NCBI GenBank assembly: GCA_016934265.1
Contig: JAFGTF010000041.1
Location: 8,820-72,819, forward strand
Source of the DNA: Spirochaetota bacterium
Lineage (GTDB): Bacteria > Spirochaetota > B62-G9 > DRHN01
DNA: 64,000 nucleotides
Reading direction: 5' to 3'
Numbering within the stretch: position 1 is the stretch's first letter; the number at the start of each line of letters is the position of its first letter. The notes below the pieces were generated by a model. The model saw nothing but the letters and a program-made list of their open reading frames with translations. It was not told where the DNA came from and did no database searches. This document shows positions 19,710 to 29,107 of the stretch, piece by piece. A program made the position numbers and the translations under genes.

Positions 19710-20142
19710 CCGTATCATATCGATCGTCCTGCTCGGAATCTGCGCCTTTTTTTTCGTCGAGGCGAGATCGTTCACGAGGTTCGGCAGGTTCTTTCCGTTG
19801 ACCATCATCATCATTCTCGCCGCACTCTCGCTTTTTCTTTTGGTGCTGTCGTTCGTCAAACCCGGGCTAAGCGCCATCTTCGGCAGGCTGCACAGGAGAC
19901 ATATCGCGATCGCGATCTCCATCGTGCTGATAGGGGCATGGGGAATCTTGATCAACGTCCTCGGGTTCGTGGTCACGAGCGTTATCCTTTTCACTGTAAT
20001 CAATGTCCTGCTTGACGAGAAGCACCGGAGTTTCCTGTCCATACTCAAGAAGATGGGTATCATTACGGTGGTGGTGGGCGTGTTCTATCTCTTTTTCGCG
20101 CAACTTTTACTCGTCCCCTTCCCGAGAGGCTGCCTCTTTTGA
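19696..20142 (+). CDS. tctB: Tripartite tricarboxylate transporter small subunit
   Basis: Small multi-TM protein ending LLVPFPRG, following tctA. Confidence 0.85.
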   Translation: MRNADRIISIVLLGICAFFFVEARSFTRFGRFFPLTIIIILAALSLFLLVLSFVKPGLSAIFGRLHRRHIAIAISIVLIGAWGILINVLGFVVTSVILFTVINVLLDEKHRSFLSILKKMGIITVVVGVFYLFFAQLLLVPFPRGCLF

Positions 20143-20402
20143 CCTCACGGAAATACCCCTGAAGGCGCTGGCCTCAATCCAGCAGGTATCTGCGGCGTCT
20201 TCTCAAACGACGTCGTTGCCGCCGTCGTATATCGCTGAAAAAAGGAGCGCTGTACACCTTTTTCCGTGGCCCTTTCTTTTCATTTCCTTTATAGTGTACG
20301 TCACCGCACTAACACACAAGGCGAAATCCTTTATACGGGCATTTTTCGAAAACGCCTTGAACCCTGACCTGCGAACGGCAATAAAGCGGTGAAGGAGAAG
20401 CG

Positions 20403-21215
20403 ATGATCGTCGATACTTCCGCCTTCCAGCGCATCGTGCTCGCCTATTTCAACAAGCACGGTCGCAACCTGCCCTGGAGGAATACGGACGACGAATACCG
20501 GATCTTCGTCTCCGAGATCATGCTGCAGCAGACGCAGGTTCCGCGGGTTGTCGAAAAATACGTTCCGTTCGTTTCGAGGTTCAAGAATTTCAATGAACTG
20601 CGGGCGGCGGCTCAGGTCGATATCCTTGCCCTGTGGCAGGGGCTCGGGTACAACCGCCGTTGTATCTACCTGAAAGAGAGCGCAGCAAAGATATGCGACG
20701 AATACTCCGGCCGTCTCCCGGAATCGGAGATGCCGCTTCGCTCGCTTCCGGGCGTCGGAACGGCGACGGCGAGGTCTTTGCTCGCGTTCTGCTTCAACCG
20801 TCCCGTCGTCTTCTTGGAGACGAATATCCGGCAGGTATTCATCCATCATTTCTTTTCGGACCGGCAAACGGTCTCCGACCGCGATCTGTACCCGCTTGTG
20901 GAACGCACGCTGTACCATGAGAATCCGCGCGAGTGGTATTATGCGCTGATGGACTACGGCGCGATGCTGAAAAAACGTATCGGCAATGTCACGAAAAAAA
21001 GCAGCGGCTACAGACCCGCCGGACCGTTCGAAGGCTCCGTGCGCCAGCTTCGCGGCTCGGTCTTAAAGCTTCTCATTGCACACCGAACTCTGACCCCAGA
21101 AGAGTTCTTGAACCTGACAGGCTCAAGCCGTGAAAGGATGCGAGAGGTGCTGCTGCATCTCGAGCATGAAGGCTTTTTACAGAAGAAAGGTTTTGAGTAT
21201 TCGCTTCGCCAATAA
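20403..21215 (+). CDS. mutY: A/G-specific adenine glycosylase, short form without Fe-S cysteines
   Basis: RNLPWR, SEIMLQQTQV, WQGLGY, LPGVG (HhH), ETNIR and ALMDYGA. Confidence 0.85.
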   Translation: MIVDTSAFQRIVLAYFNKHGRNLPWRNTDDEYRIFVSEIMLQQTQVPRVVEKYVPFVSRFKNFNELRAAAQVDILALWQGLGYNRRCIYLKESAAKICDEYSGRLPESEMPLRSLPGVGTATARSLLAFCFNRPVVFLETNIRQVFIHHFFSDRQTVSDRDLYPLVERTLYHENPREWYYALMDYGAMLKKRIGNVTKKSSGYRPAGPFEGSVRQLRGSVLKLLIAHRTLTPEEFLNLTGSSRERMREVLLHLEHEGFLQKKGFEYSLRQ

Positions 21216-21354
21216 CGAACGCCGTCCGGTTTCAGGCCGCAAGGAGACGGACGGCGCGCACACGCCGTCTCGTACCCTTTGCGACTTTGGCGCGGATGCC
21301 GCCACCCCGGATCAAGAAAACACGACCTGCCGTGTCCTGCAAAAAAGGACACGC

Positions 21355-22746
21355 TCAGGCGTGTATCGCCCATCCCTCCGCGGCCCGCATAGCCTCCATC
21401 ACCGCCTCGGAGAGCGTCGGGTGCGCGTGGATCATCTCTGCAATGTCTTTCGGTAAAAGCTCCGCGGTCTTGGCAAGCAATATTTCATGGATGAGCTCAG
21501 TCGCGTCGACACCGACGATATGAGCCCCGAGGATCTCGCCCGTCTGCGGATCGCAGAGCAGCTTGATGAGACCCTCCGTGCGCTCCAGCACCACGGACTT
21601 TCCCGCCCCGCGGTAGGGGAAGGTGGACTTCTTATACGCAATCCCCTCCTGTTTAAGCTGCTCCTCGGTACGTCCGAAGCTCGCGACCTGGGGCTCGCAG
21701 TACGCGGCGGAGGGCACGACGAGCGGGTCTACCCTAGCGATGGGGTCTTTTCCGGCCATGTGCTCCACCGCGATCTCCCCCTCCTTCGAGGCGACGTGAG
21801 CGAGTGCTTTTGTCGGAACGACGTCGCCGACCGCGTAGATCGACGGAACCTTCGTCACGCAGTAGTCGCCGACCGGTATGAACCCCCTGTCCGTCTCTAT
21901 ACCCACACTCTCGAGTCCGATATCCTCGGTATTGGGCGACCTTCCTACCGCGACAACAAGCTTTTCCACCTCGACCGTGAACTTTTTTCCGTCTCCGCCC
22001 TCGAGCGTTACGGCCACCCCACCGGTCTTCTTCTTCATCGAGACCGCTTTTGTCGAGGTAAAGACCGCGATGCCCCGCTTCTTATAGTCGCGCTGCAGTA
22101 CCGTGGTAACCTCCCCGTCCTCAAGGGGGAGCAGGGATCCTAAAAGCTCGACGATGGTCACCTCCACGCCGAAGGAGTGCATGATATAGGCGCACTCCAC
22201 GCCGATGAAGCCGCCGCCGAGTATGATCATGCTCTTCGGCAGCTCGGTCATCATCAGCACGTCGTCCGACGAGAGCACCGTTTCCCCGTCGAATTCGAAA
22301 CCGGGTATCACCTTGGGGCGCGATCCTGTCGCACAGATGATGTAGCTCCCCGTTACCGTCTTCCCGCTGCTCAAGGCCACCTCGTGCGGCCCCGCTATCT
22401 TCGCGGTTTCCATGATGAGCTCGACCTTGTTCTTCTTCAGAAGGAAGTTGACGCCTTTTGAGAGAACCTCTGCAGAGCGCCGCGACTTGATGAACACGGA
22501 CCTGTAATCGAACCCGGACTTGTCGACCTTAACGCCCATCGTTTCGAGCGCCCCGGTGGAGCGGAACAGATCCGCCTGGTGTATGAGAGACTTCGAGGGA
22601 ATGCACCCTATATTGAGACATACGCCGCCCGGCTTGTCTTTCTCGATGACCGCCGCGGACATCCCGAGCTGCGACGCCCTGATTCCCGCAACGTACCCTC
22701 CGGGGCCCGCGCCGATGATCACCACGTCATAGTCATATCCATCCAT
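21355..22746 (-). CDS. lpdA: Dihydrolipoyl dehydrogenase (E3)
   Basis: GAGPGGY, GGVCLNIGCIPSK and HAHPTLSE. Confidence 0.97.
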   Translation of the reverse strand: MDGYDYDVVIIGAGPGGYVAGIRASQLGMSAAVIEKDKPGGVCLNIGCIPSKSLIHQADLFRSTGALETMGVKVDKSGFDYRSVFIKSRRSAEVLSKGVNFLLKKNKVELIMETAKIAGPHEVALSSGKTVTGSYIICATGSRPKVIPGFEFDGETVLSSDDVLMMTELPKSMIILGGGFIGVECAYIMHSFGVEVTIVELLGSLLPLEDGEVTTVLQRDYKKRGIAVFTSTKAVSMKKKTGGVAVTLEGGDGKKFTVEVEKLVVAVGRSPNTEDIGLESVGIETDRGFIPVGDYCVTKVPSIYAVGDVVPTKALAHVASKEGEIAVEHMAGKDPIARVDPLVVPSAAYCEPQVASFGRTEEQLKQEGIAYKKSTFPYRGAGKSVVLERTEGLIKLLCDPQTGEILGAHIVGVDATELIHEILLAKTAELLPKDIAEMIHAHPTLSEAVMEAMRAAEGWAIHA

Positions 22747-22849
22747 ATAAACACTCCTCTATCGATACTATTCATAAAAATATAATCCGAAACGAGCCGC
22801 ACGGCATCGGTTTTCCAGTCATGACCCGCCTTCCCGTATCCCGAAGGAT

Positions 22850-22877
22850 AAAAAAACCCGGTGCCGGCGCACCGGGC
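22850..22877 (-). terminator. Rho-independent terminator after the OsmC-family gene
   Basis: CCCGGTGC-loop-GCACCGGG stem followed by a U-tract on the minus strand. Confidence 0.7.
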
Positions 22878-22895
22878 CAATATGACGGCCGATTC

Positions 22896-23330
22896 TTACT
22901 CGACCTCGAACGTACAGGGGGTCGTGTTCTTGACGTTGTCGGAGATGGGGCATCGTTCGTCGATCTCCTCCAAGAATTTTTCCTTTTCCTCTCTCGTCAT
23001 ATCCGCGTCGATCTTCGCGATGACCTTGATGTCCCTGAACCCTGGCCTTCCGTCATTCGACTTGCCCATCAGTATCGCGGTATCGAGGTTCCCCTCGACC
23101 TTGACGTCCATACCCCTCAGGTCTATTCCCCTCTGCTTCGCCATGATCTTGCCGATAGTAGCGATGCATCCGGCGAGCGAAAAGAAAAGGTATTCGAGCG
23201 GCGTGGGGCCAGCATCTTTACCGCCGCCTGCCTCGGGCTGGTCGATGTAGAGAGTATGGCTCCGCGCCTTGGTTTCTATGGTGAAACCGTCTTTGATACT
23301 TGCTTCGACTGCGACATTCTTGAGTGGCAT
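22896..23330 (-). CDS. OsmC/Ohr family protein
   Basis: DQP...GG.DAGPTPLEY...SLAGC and RCPISD (two conserved Cys). AAGGAG RBS. Confidence 0.9.
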   Translation of the reverse strand: MPLKNVAVEASIKDGFTIETKARSHTLYIDQPEAGGGKDAGPTPLEYLFFSLAGCIATIGKIMAKQRGIDLRGMDVKVEGNLDTAILMGKSNDGRPGFRDIKVIAKIDADMTREEKEKFLEEIDERCPISDNVKNTTPCTFEVE

Positions 23331-23365
23331 ATCCGCTCCTTGGTAGTGAGGTAAAATCCTTGAAA

Positions 23366-23394
23366 AAAATAATAACACGGTCACGCATTGTCAA
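23366..23394 (-). promoter_or_regulatory. Putative sigma70 promoter of the OsmC-family gene
   Basis: TTGACA-17 bp-TATTTT on the minus strand. Confidence 0.5.
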
Positions 23395-23670
23395 ATAATT
23401 AACTGTACATATCGATAAAATAGATAAAATAAATCGACGGGCTCGTACGTAATGGAAATCGTCGTTGTATCGAGACCGTAAAGAGGCGGGATAAGGAATC
23501 CGGATAATTCCTCGTTACCGTTACGACGCTCTATACAGAAACCGGTTCTTGATAGACTAATCGTGCTTTCCGTTATCCATTATGATAATTTTGAGCCGGT
23601 TGTATACATTCTCGACGCACGGCCGACCCGGTATCCCATAAAAATGAAACGCCGCACGCACGAGCGCCGC

Positions 23671-24942
23671 TCACAGAAGCGCCGTGATCGGATCCTCTAT
23701 CATATCCACGAGCGATTTCAAAAAACGCGCGCCGACCGCGCCGTCGATCACCCGGTGATCGCAGGAAAGAGTGAGATGCATGACGGACCGGAATCCGACT
23801 CCGCCCGGTTCGGGCTCGTACGCCTCCCGCCGTATCTCCCCCACCGCGAGGATCGCCGATCCAGGCGGATTGATTATTGCGGTAAACTCGTATATTCCGA
23901 AAGAACCGAGATTGGATATCGTGAATGTCGCGCCTGTGAACTCCTCCGGTTTCAGCCTCCCCTTCTGCGCCCGCTCCACGAGATCTTTCAGCTCATCGTC
24001 GATGCGGAGTATCCCCTTGTTCCAGCAATCGCGGACCACCGGTGCTATGAGCCCGTCCGGCTGGGCCACCGCCAGGCCGATATCGGCCGATCCGAACTGG
24101 AGAATGGTATCGCCTAAAAAGCTCGCGTTCACCATAGGGTGGTTTTTCAGCGCTTCGGCGGCCAGCCGTATGAGAAACGCGTTGAACGATATCTTTTTTT
24201 CCATACGATGGTTCAGCGATTTTCTTGCGGAAACGAGCCTCCCCGCGTCGGCGACCGCGGTAAGGTAGTAGTGAGGGGCGGAATATTTCGATTCCGAAAG
24301 CCTCCGGGCTATCACCCGGCGTTTCGCCGAGACCTGTATTTCCCGATTGCCTCCCCTTCTTTCTTCTGTCCGCGAGACGGACTGCCGGTCGAGGTCCCGC
24401 TTTATTATCCGTCCTCCCGGCCCGCTCCCCTCGATATCCTCGAGATCGATCCCCTCTTCTTGGGCGAGCTTTCGTGCAAGAGGAGACGCCTTCACCCCTT
24501 CCGGGAGCCTCTCTTCGGCCGCTTTATCTCCCTCTTTTTTTTCAGGTTTCACGGGAGGCTTCTTTTCCGCAGCCTGCTCACGCAACCCGGCCTGTTTTTC
24601 GGGGATTTCATCGGACACCGTTTCAGCCGTCGGACTTAAAGCCGGCGGTTTGGAATCCGGTTTCGCTTCCGGTTCTCTTTCAATGAGATGCGTGACGTCT
24701 TCGCCCTTCTCTCCCGACACGGCGATCGTCCGGCCCACCTCGGCCTGCCCGCCCTCCGGCACGAGGATCTTCAAGAGCGTGCCCTCGTTCTGCGATTCGT
24801 ACTCCATCGTCGCCTTGTCCGTTTCAACCTCGCAGAGCACATCGCCGTTTTTTATCGGGTCACCCTCACGCTTATGCCACTTCAAGATAGTCCCGGACTC
24901 CATCGTGGGTGAAAGCGCGAGCATCAGTACCTCTTCGGCCAT
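23671..24942 (-). CDS. pdhC: Pyruvate dehydrogenase E2 dihydrolipoamide acetyltransferase
   Basis: Lipoyl domain ETDKA, E3-binding ASPLAR..GSGPGGRI and catalytic DHRVIDG. Confidence 0.95.
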   Translation of the reverse strand: MAEEVLMLALSPTMESGTILKWHKREGDPIKNGDVLCEVETDKATMEYESQNEGTLLKILVPEGGQAEVGRTIAVSGEKGEDVTHLIEREPEAKPDSKPPALSPTAETVSDEIPEKQAGLREQAAEKKPPVKPEKKEGDKAAEERLPEGVKASPLARKLAQEEGIDLEDIEGSGPGGRIIKRDLDRQSVSRTEERRGGNREIQVSAKRRVIARRLSESKYSAPHYYLTAVADAGRLVSARKSLNHRMEKKISFNAFLIRLAAEALKNHPMVNASFLGDTILQFGSADIGLAVAQPDGLIAPVVRDCWNKGILRIDDELKDLVERAQKGRLKPEEFTGATFTISNLGSFGIYEFTAIINPPGSAILAVGEIRREAYEPEPGGVGFRSVMHLTLSCDHRVIDGAVGARFLKSLVDMIEDPITALL

Positions 24943-25292
24943 GCCGGTTCTCCTCTCTTATTAGGAAATCGTTTTTCCCAGCCTTACCCTGCGGTATACC
25001 CACTTCTTTTTCATCCGTCGGCGGTCGCCCGGATACCCCCGTTTCATCCAGCCGGAATGGTCACGATTCATGTTATATCAAAACACTTTCGAGCAGCTAC
25101 CGTCGGGCGGTACTATCGACCGCTTCATGTTTTCTGCCGCATTGTAATCGCAATGGATACAACGATTCCCCGTTTCTCGACATGGAGATGTTTTGAGCAC
25201 CGTTCTTCGGCCATAAACCGCAGCGAATGCTTCAAACAATACGAACCCGTCCTGCATTGTTTCTACTGCCGAATATTCCAAAAAACCGGCCG

Positions 25293-26270
25293 CTACTCGT
25301 ACACCACCCTTTTTACCGCCTTCTCTATTTTCTCCGCGGAAGGTTGGGCGGAAAGCTCGAGCGCGTGATTGTACGGCATCGGCACATCCTCCATGGTGAC
25401 TACTTGAGGGGGGGCGTCGAGCCAGTCGAAGCATTCATTCGCGACCGCCCACCCGATATACGAGCCCACACTCGCGACAGGCCACGCCTCGTCGACGATC
25501 ACGATCCGGTTCGTTTTCCGCACCGATCCGTACACCATCTCCCAGTCGAAGGGGCGAATCGTGCGGAGGTCGATCACCTCGACGTCGAACCCCTTCTTTT
25601 CGAGGAGAAGCACGGCATCGAAGACAGTCTTCATTGCCTTGCCGAACGATACGATCGTGACGTCCTTCCCCTCGCGTCTCTTTGCCGCCTGTCCGAACCC
25701 TACGAGGTACTCCTCCTCCGGCACCTCGCCCTTCCACCCGTACATGAGCTCCGACTCGAGGAAGACCACCGGGTCGGGGTCGCGCACCGCGGTCTTCAGA
25801 AGACCCTTTGCATCGTACGGCGTGGACGGCGCCGCCACCTTGAGACCGGGTACATGGGCGTAGATCGCCTGCAGGGCCTGGGAATGCTGGGACGCGAGGT
25901 ATTCCGCGGGTCCGTTCGGCCCCCTGAACACGATCGGTACGGAAAGCTGCCCTCCCGACATATAGCGCATCTTGGCCGCGTTGTTGATGACCTGGTCCAT
26001 CGCCTGGATCGAGAAGTTCAAGGTCATCCATTCGACGATCGGCCGAAGACCCGCGATCGCGGCGCCTATACCCACACCCGTGAACCCCTCCTCCGAGATG
26101 GGGGTGTCTATCACCCTCTCTTCCCCGTACTTGTCCAAGAGGCCCTGGCTCACCTTGTACGCGCCGTCGTACTGCGCGACCTCCTCTCCCATGAGTATCA
26201 CATGCTCGTCGCGCGCCATCTCCTCGTCCATCGCGGACCGCAGCGCTTCACGAACCGTTATGACAGGCAT
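25293..26270 (-). CDS. pdhB: Pyruvate dehydrogenase E1 beta subunit
   Basis: GEEVAQYDGAYK, DTPISE, PIVFRGPNG, QHSQ and DLRTIRP. Confidence 0.96.
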   Translation of the reverse strand: MPVITVREALRSAMDEEMARDEHVILMGEEVAQYDGAYKVSQGLLDKYGEERVIDTPISEEGFTGVGIGAAIAGLRPIVEWMTLNFSIQAMDQVINNAAKMRYMSGGQLSVPIVFRGPNGPAEYLASQHSQALQAIYAHVPGLKVAAPSTPYDAKGLLKTAVRDPDPVVFLESELMYGWKGEVPEEEYLVGFGQAAKRREGKDVTIVSFGKAMKTVFDAVLLLEKKGFDVEVIDLRTIRPFDWEMVYGSVRKTNRIVIVDEAWPVASVGSYIGWAVANECFDWLDAPPQVVTMEDVPMPYNHALELSAQPSAEKIEKAVKRVVYE

Positions 26271-26282
26271 CCACTCACCCCC

Positions 26283-27239
26283 TCACGCGTATATGTCCGT
26301 ATAGAGCTCGTTAAAACCCGGTTTTGGACTTTCTTCCGCGAACTTCACCGATGCGTCGCAGGCCGATTTGCACTCGCCGTCCATCGCCTTGTACCCCTCT
26401 TCCGAAAGCGACTTGTCCTCTATGAGCCTCTCCTTCAAGAGCAGGATCGGATCCTGGCGTTTGTATTCCTCGAGCTCCTCCTTCGTGCGGTATTTCGCGG
26501 GGTCGCTCATGGAGTGACCCTTGTAGCGGTAGGTCTTTATCTCGAAGAAAAGAGGCTTTTTTTCCTTCCTGATGCTCGAGACCGCCTTTCGAATCGTTTC
26601 GTGCACCTCGATCGCATCCATGCCTTTTACCTGTTTCCCGGCTATTCCGTAGGACGCCCCCATCACGGAAAAGTCGGTGACGGAGGAGACCCGCTTGAAG
26701 TCGGTCCCCATCCCATACTGGTTGTTCTCGCAGATGTAGATCACGGGAAGGCCCCAGATCTTCGCCATATTGAGGCTCTCGTGGAACGACCCCTGGTGAA
26801 TGGCGCCGTCCCCGAAGAAGCAGAGCACCACGCCGTCCTCGTTTTTATTCCTTATCGAAAGCCCCACGCCGGTTGCGACCGGGATATGGGCTCCCACGAT
26901 TCCGTTTCCTCCGAGCATGTGGAGCCCCGCGTCGAATAGGTGCATCGACCCTCCCTTGCCCTTCGAGCACCCGGTGCGTTTTCCGAAGAGTTCCGCCATC
27001 ACCGCGTCGGGAGAGATACCGCAGGCGAGCGCATGCCCGTGGTCCCGGTAAGCCGTGACCACGTAGTCTTTTTCGAGGTCCAATGCCGAGATCGCGCCGA
27101 CCGCAACCGCCTCCTGGCCGATGTAGAGGTGACAGAATCCCCCGATCTTGCGGAGTCCGTACATCTGTGCCGCCTTCTCCTCGAAGCGCCTGATGAGAAG
27201 CATCTTTCGAAGAAGCGTTTTCATCTCCTTCTTTTCCAC
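26283..27239 (-). CDS. pdhA: Pyruvate dehydrogenase E1 alpha subunit
   Basis: GFCHLYIGQEA, GKGGSMH, GDGA..ENN (ThDP motif) and TYRYKGHSMSDP. Confidence 0.96.
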   Translation of the reverse strand: MEKKEMKTLLRKMLLIRRFEEKAAQMYGLRKIGGFCHLYIGQEAVAVGAISALDLEKDYVVTAYRDHGHALACGISPDAVMAELFGKRTGCSKGKGGSMHLFDAGLHMLGGNGIVGAHIPVATGVGLSIRNKNEDGVVLCFFGDGAIHQGSFHESLNMAKIWGLPVIYICENNQYGMGTDFKRVSSVTDFSVMGASYGIAGKQVKGMDAIEVHETIRKAVSSIRKEKKPLFFEIKTYRYKGHSMSDPAKYRTKEELEEYKRQDPILLLKERLIEDKSLSEEGYKAMDGECKSACDASVKFAEESPKPGFNELYTDIYA

Positions 27240-27248
27240 CGGTTTCTC

Positions 27249-27689
27249 CTATTCGAAGGTCACCGTCTCCTTCATTCCCTTCATCGGAAGGTAGTACTGG
27301 GCCCGCTCCATCACAGTCTCGATCACGAGAAGGTCCCGCTCGTCGTCGTACATCTTGAAGAAAGCGCGCAGGCGCTCCCCCACCGCTTCGAGCACTTCAG
27401 AGCGTATGGAGGGGTTATCCACGACATTGACACTGCCGTCTATTACAACGATCCGGTCCAGCGCGGGGGATGAAAAAATCCACTGCGCGTGAGGGTTCGC
27501 CCCCAGGTGGTGCACCTTTCGCGAGGTCCTGTACGCGACCGCATAGACCGCGCCCTCTCGTCCGTGCAGGAGCGCGGGGGTCATCCACCTCGTCTGCGGC
27601 ATGCCTTTCTCGTCGATCGTTGCGAAAACCGCCGCTTTCGCCTCGTCGATGATACGCGAGACAATTCCCAGCATCTCCCGCTTTTCCAT
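27249..27689 (-). CDS. Pyridoxamine 5'-phosphate oxidase-like (split-barrel flavin-binding) protein
   Basis: FATID..G.P..RWM and SRKV..L..NP motifs. First gene of the pdh operon. Confidence 0.75.
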   Translation of the reverse strand: MEKREMLGIVSRIIDEAKAAVFATIDEKGMPQTRWMTPALLHGREGAVYAVAYRTSRKVHHLGANPHAQWIFSSPALDRIVVIDGSVNVVDNPSIRSEVLEAVGERLRAFFKMYDDERDLLVIETVMERAQYYLPMKGMKETVTFE

Positions 27690-27696
27690 AAAAAAT

Positions 27697-27894
27697 CCCC
27701 TCCTAACCAGGACTTGAGGGGTTTTACCCCTCTAACTCGAGTTCCCGGGATTTTAAAAAACCCCTCTCTAACCCGAACTTTCGGGGTTTTCCCTTTCTAA
27801 CCAGGACTTTCGGAGTTTTCAACCCCCTTTAAACCAAACTCTCGGGATTTTAAAAAACTCCCTCTAACCTAAAGTCTAGGGGTTTTAGCCCTCT
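27697..27894. repeat. Six degenerate ~30-35 bp tandem units (two copies of a three-unit block) upstream of the pdh operon
   Basis: Consensus CCCCTCTAACC-N~11-GGGRTTTT. Units 1/4, 2/5 and 3/6 are most alike. Confidence 0.8.
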
Positions 27895-28126
27895 TATGAA
27901 CGTATAGCCCTATGATTTCGATTCGATATATATCTATCTTTAGGATATAGTAAACATTAATGTCCGGCAGAATTATATCAAGAATATTGTTTGTTATAAA
28001 AACAGAGTGGAATTAATCAAAAACGGTGTATAAAGGTTTTTGAAATGCTGTGCATGATACTATATTAATAGCAGCAATAGATAAAAGGACCGCTTTTAAA
28101 CCGTTTGACGGTCTGGAGATAACCGG

Positions 28127-29107
28127 ATGGCCTCTAAAACCGATCTTCTCAAAAATGTGAGCATTTTCTCAAATCTCGAAGAAAAGGAGCTGAAAGCCAT
28201 TGCCGGGCTGAGCCGATACTATACATTCCGCAAGGGTGAGCCGATTTACGGGAAGGGAAGCCATAGAGAGGAAATTCTGATAATAAAAAAAGGCGGGATA
28301 CTCATAAGCAGGGAAGAGAAAGACGGCTCAAAGGAGGACCTGGCGCGGTTCGTCGCAGGCGAGAGCTTCGGGGAGCTCGAGCTTCTCGATAAAACGCCGA
28401 GAAAAAACAGCGCCGTCGCGGTCGAGGATACGACTCTGCTTATATTTCCGATGAAGGGGATGGAGTTCAGAAAGGTCTTGAACAGATACCCGAAAATATT
28501 TGCGGTCGTGCTGCATGATCTTCTCGCTCTCATCGCCGGAAGGATCCGCTCGACGAACAGGCTCATCTCCGAGAAAGCCCCCTGGGTGCAGGGGTTGAGG
28601 CTCCAGCTCGTCACCGACAAGCTCACCGGACTCTTGAACCGTACATTCATCGACGAGGATTTCCATTCCCAGCTCAACGAATACAAGGGCGATACGAGCG
28701 TGGTTATGATAAAACCGGACAACTTCAAGGATATCAACGACACGTTCGGCCATGAGACGGGAGACCGTTTTCTCGAATTGATCGCCGACACGATAAAGAG
28801 TTCCGTACGGAGCGACGACATCGCGGCGAGGTACAGGGGAGACGAGTTCGTCGTCATTCTCCCCGACACCGGCCGGGAGCGGGCATTCGAGATTGCTCGT
28901 AAAATTCTGTCCGCCTTCGGGCGGCTCGATACGGGGTACTTGACTGAGGGAAAAAAAGATACGCTGACGGTAAGCATTGGCGTCTCCACATGTCCGGTCG
29001 ATGCATCCGAGAGCAAAGCGCTCATTCAGGAGGCGTTCGACAGGATGATCGAAATCCAAAAAAGCGGGGGGAACGGTATTAATGCGAAAAGAAACACCCG
29101 TCGATGA
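28127..29107 (+). CDS. cNMP-binding domain plus degenerate GGDEF (RGDEF) protein
   Basis: GESFGE..PR cassette; DKLTGLLNR, KPDNFK.IND.FGH, RSDD I-site and RYRGDEF. Confidence 0.9.
   Translation: MASKTDLLKNVSIFSNLEEKELKAIAGLSRYYTFRKGEPIYGKGSHREEILIIKKGGILISREEKDGSKEDLARFVAGESFGELELLDKTPRKNSAVAVEDTTLLIFPMKGMEFRKVLNRYPKIFAVVLHDLLALIAGRIRSTNRLISEKAPWVQGLRLQLVTDKLTGLLNRTFIDEDFHSQLNEYKGDTSVVMIKPDNFKDINDTFGHETGDRFLELIADTIKSSVRSDDIAARYRGDEFVVILPDTGRERAFEIARKILSAFGRLDTGYLTEGKKDTLTVSIGVSTCPVDASESKALIQEAFDRMIEIQKSGGNGINAKRNTRR

Noticed and set aside
24943-25292. 350-bp spacer between pdhB and pdhC as a possible element or ncRNA
   Set aside because: I could see no terminal repeats, second copy or convincing structure.
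27697-27894. Possible CRISPR array
   Set aside because: Units are contiguous and degenerate with no unique spacers, and there are no cas genes in the window.
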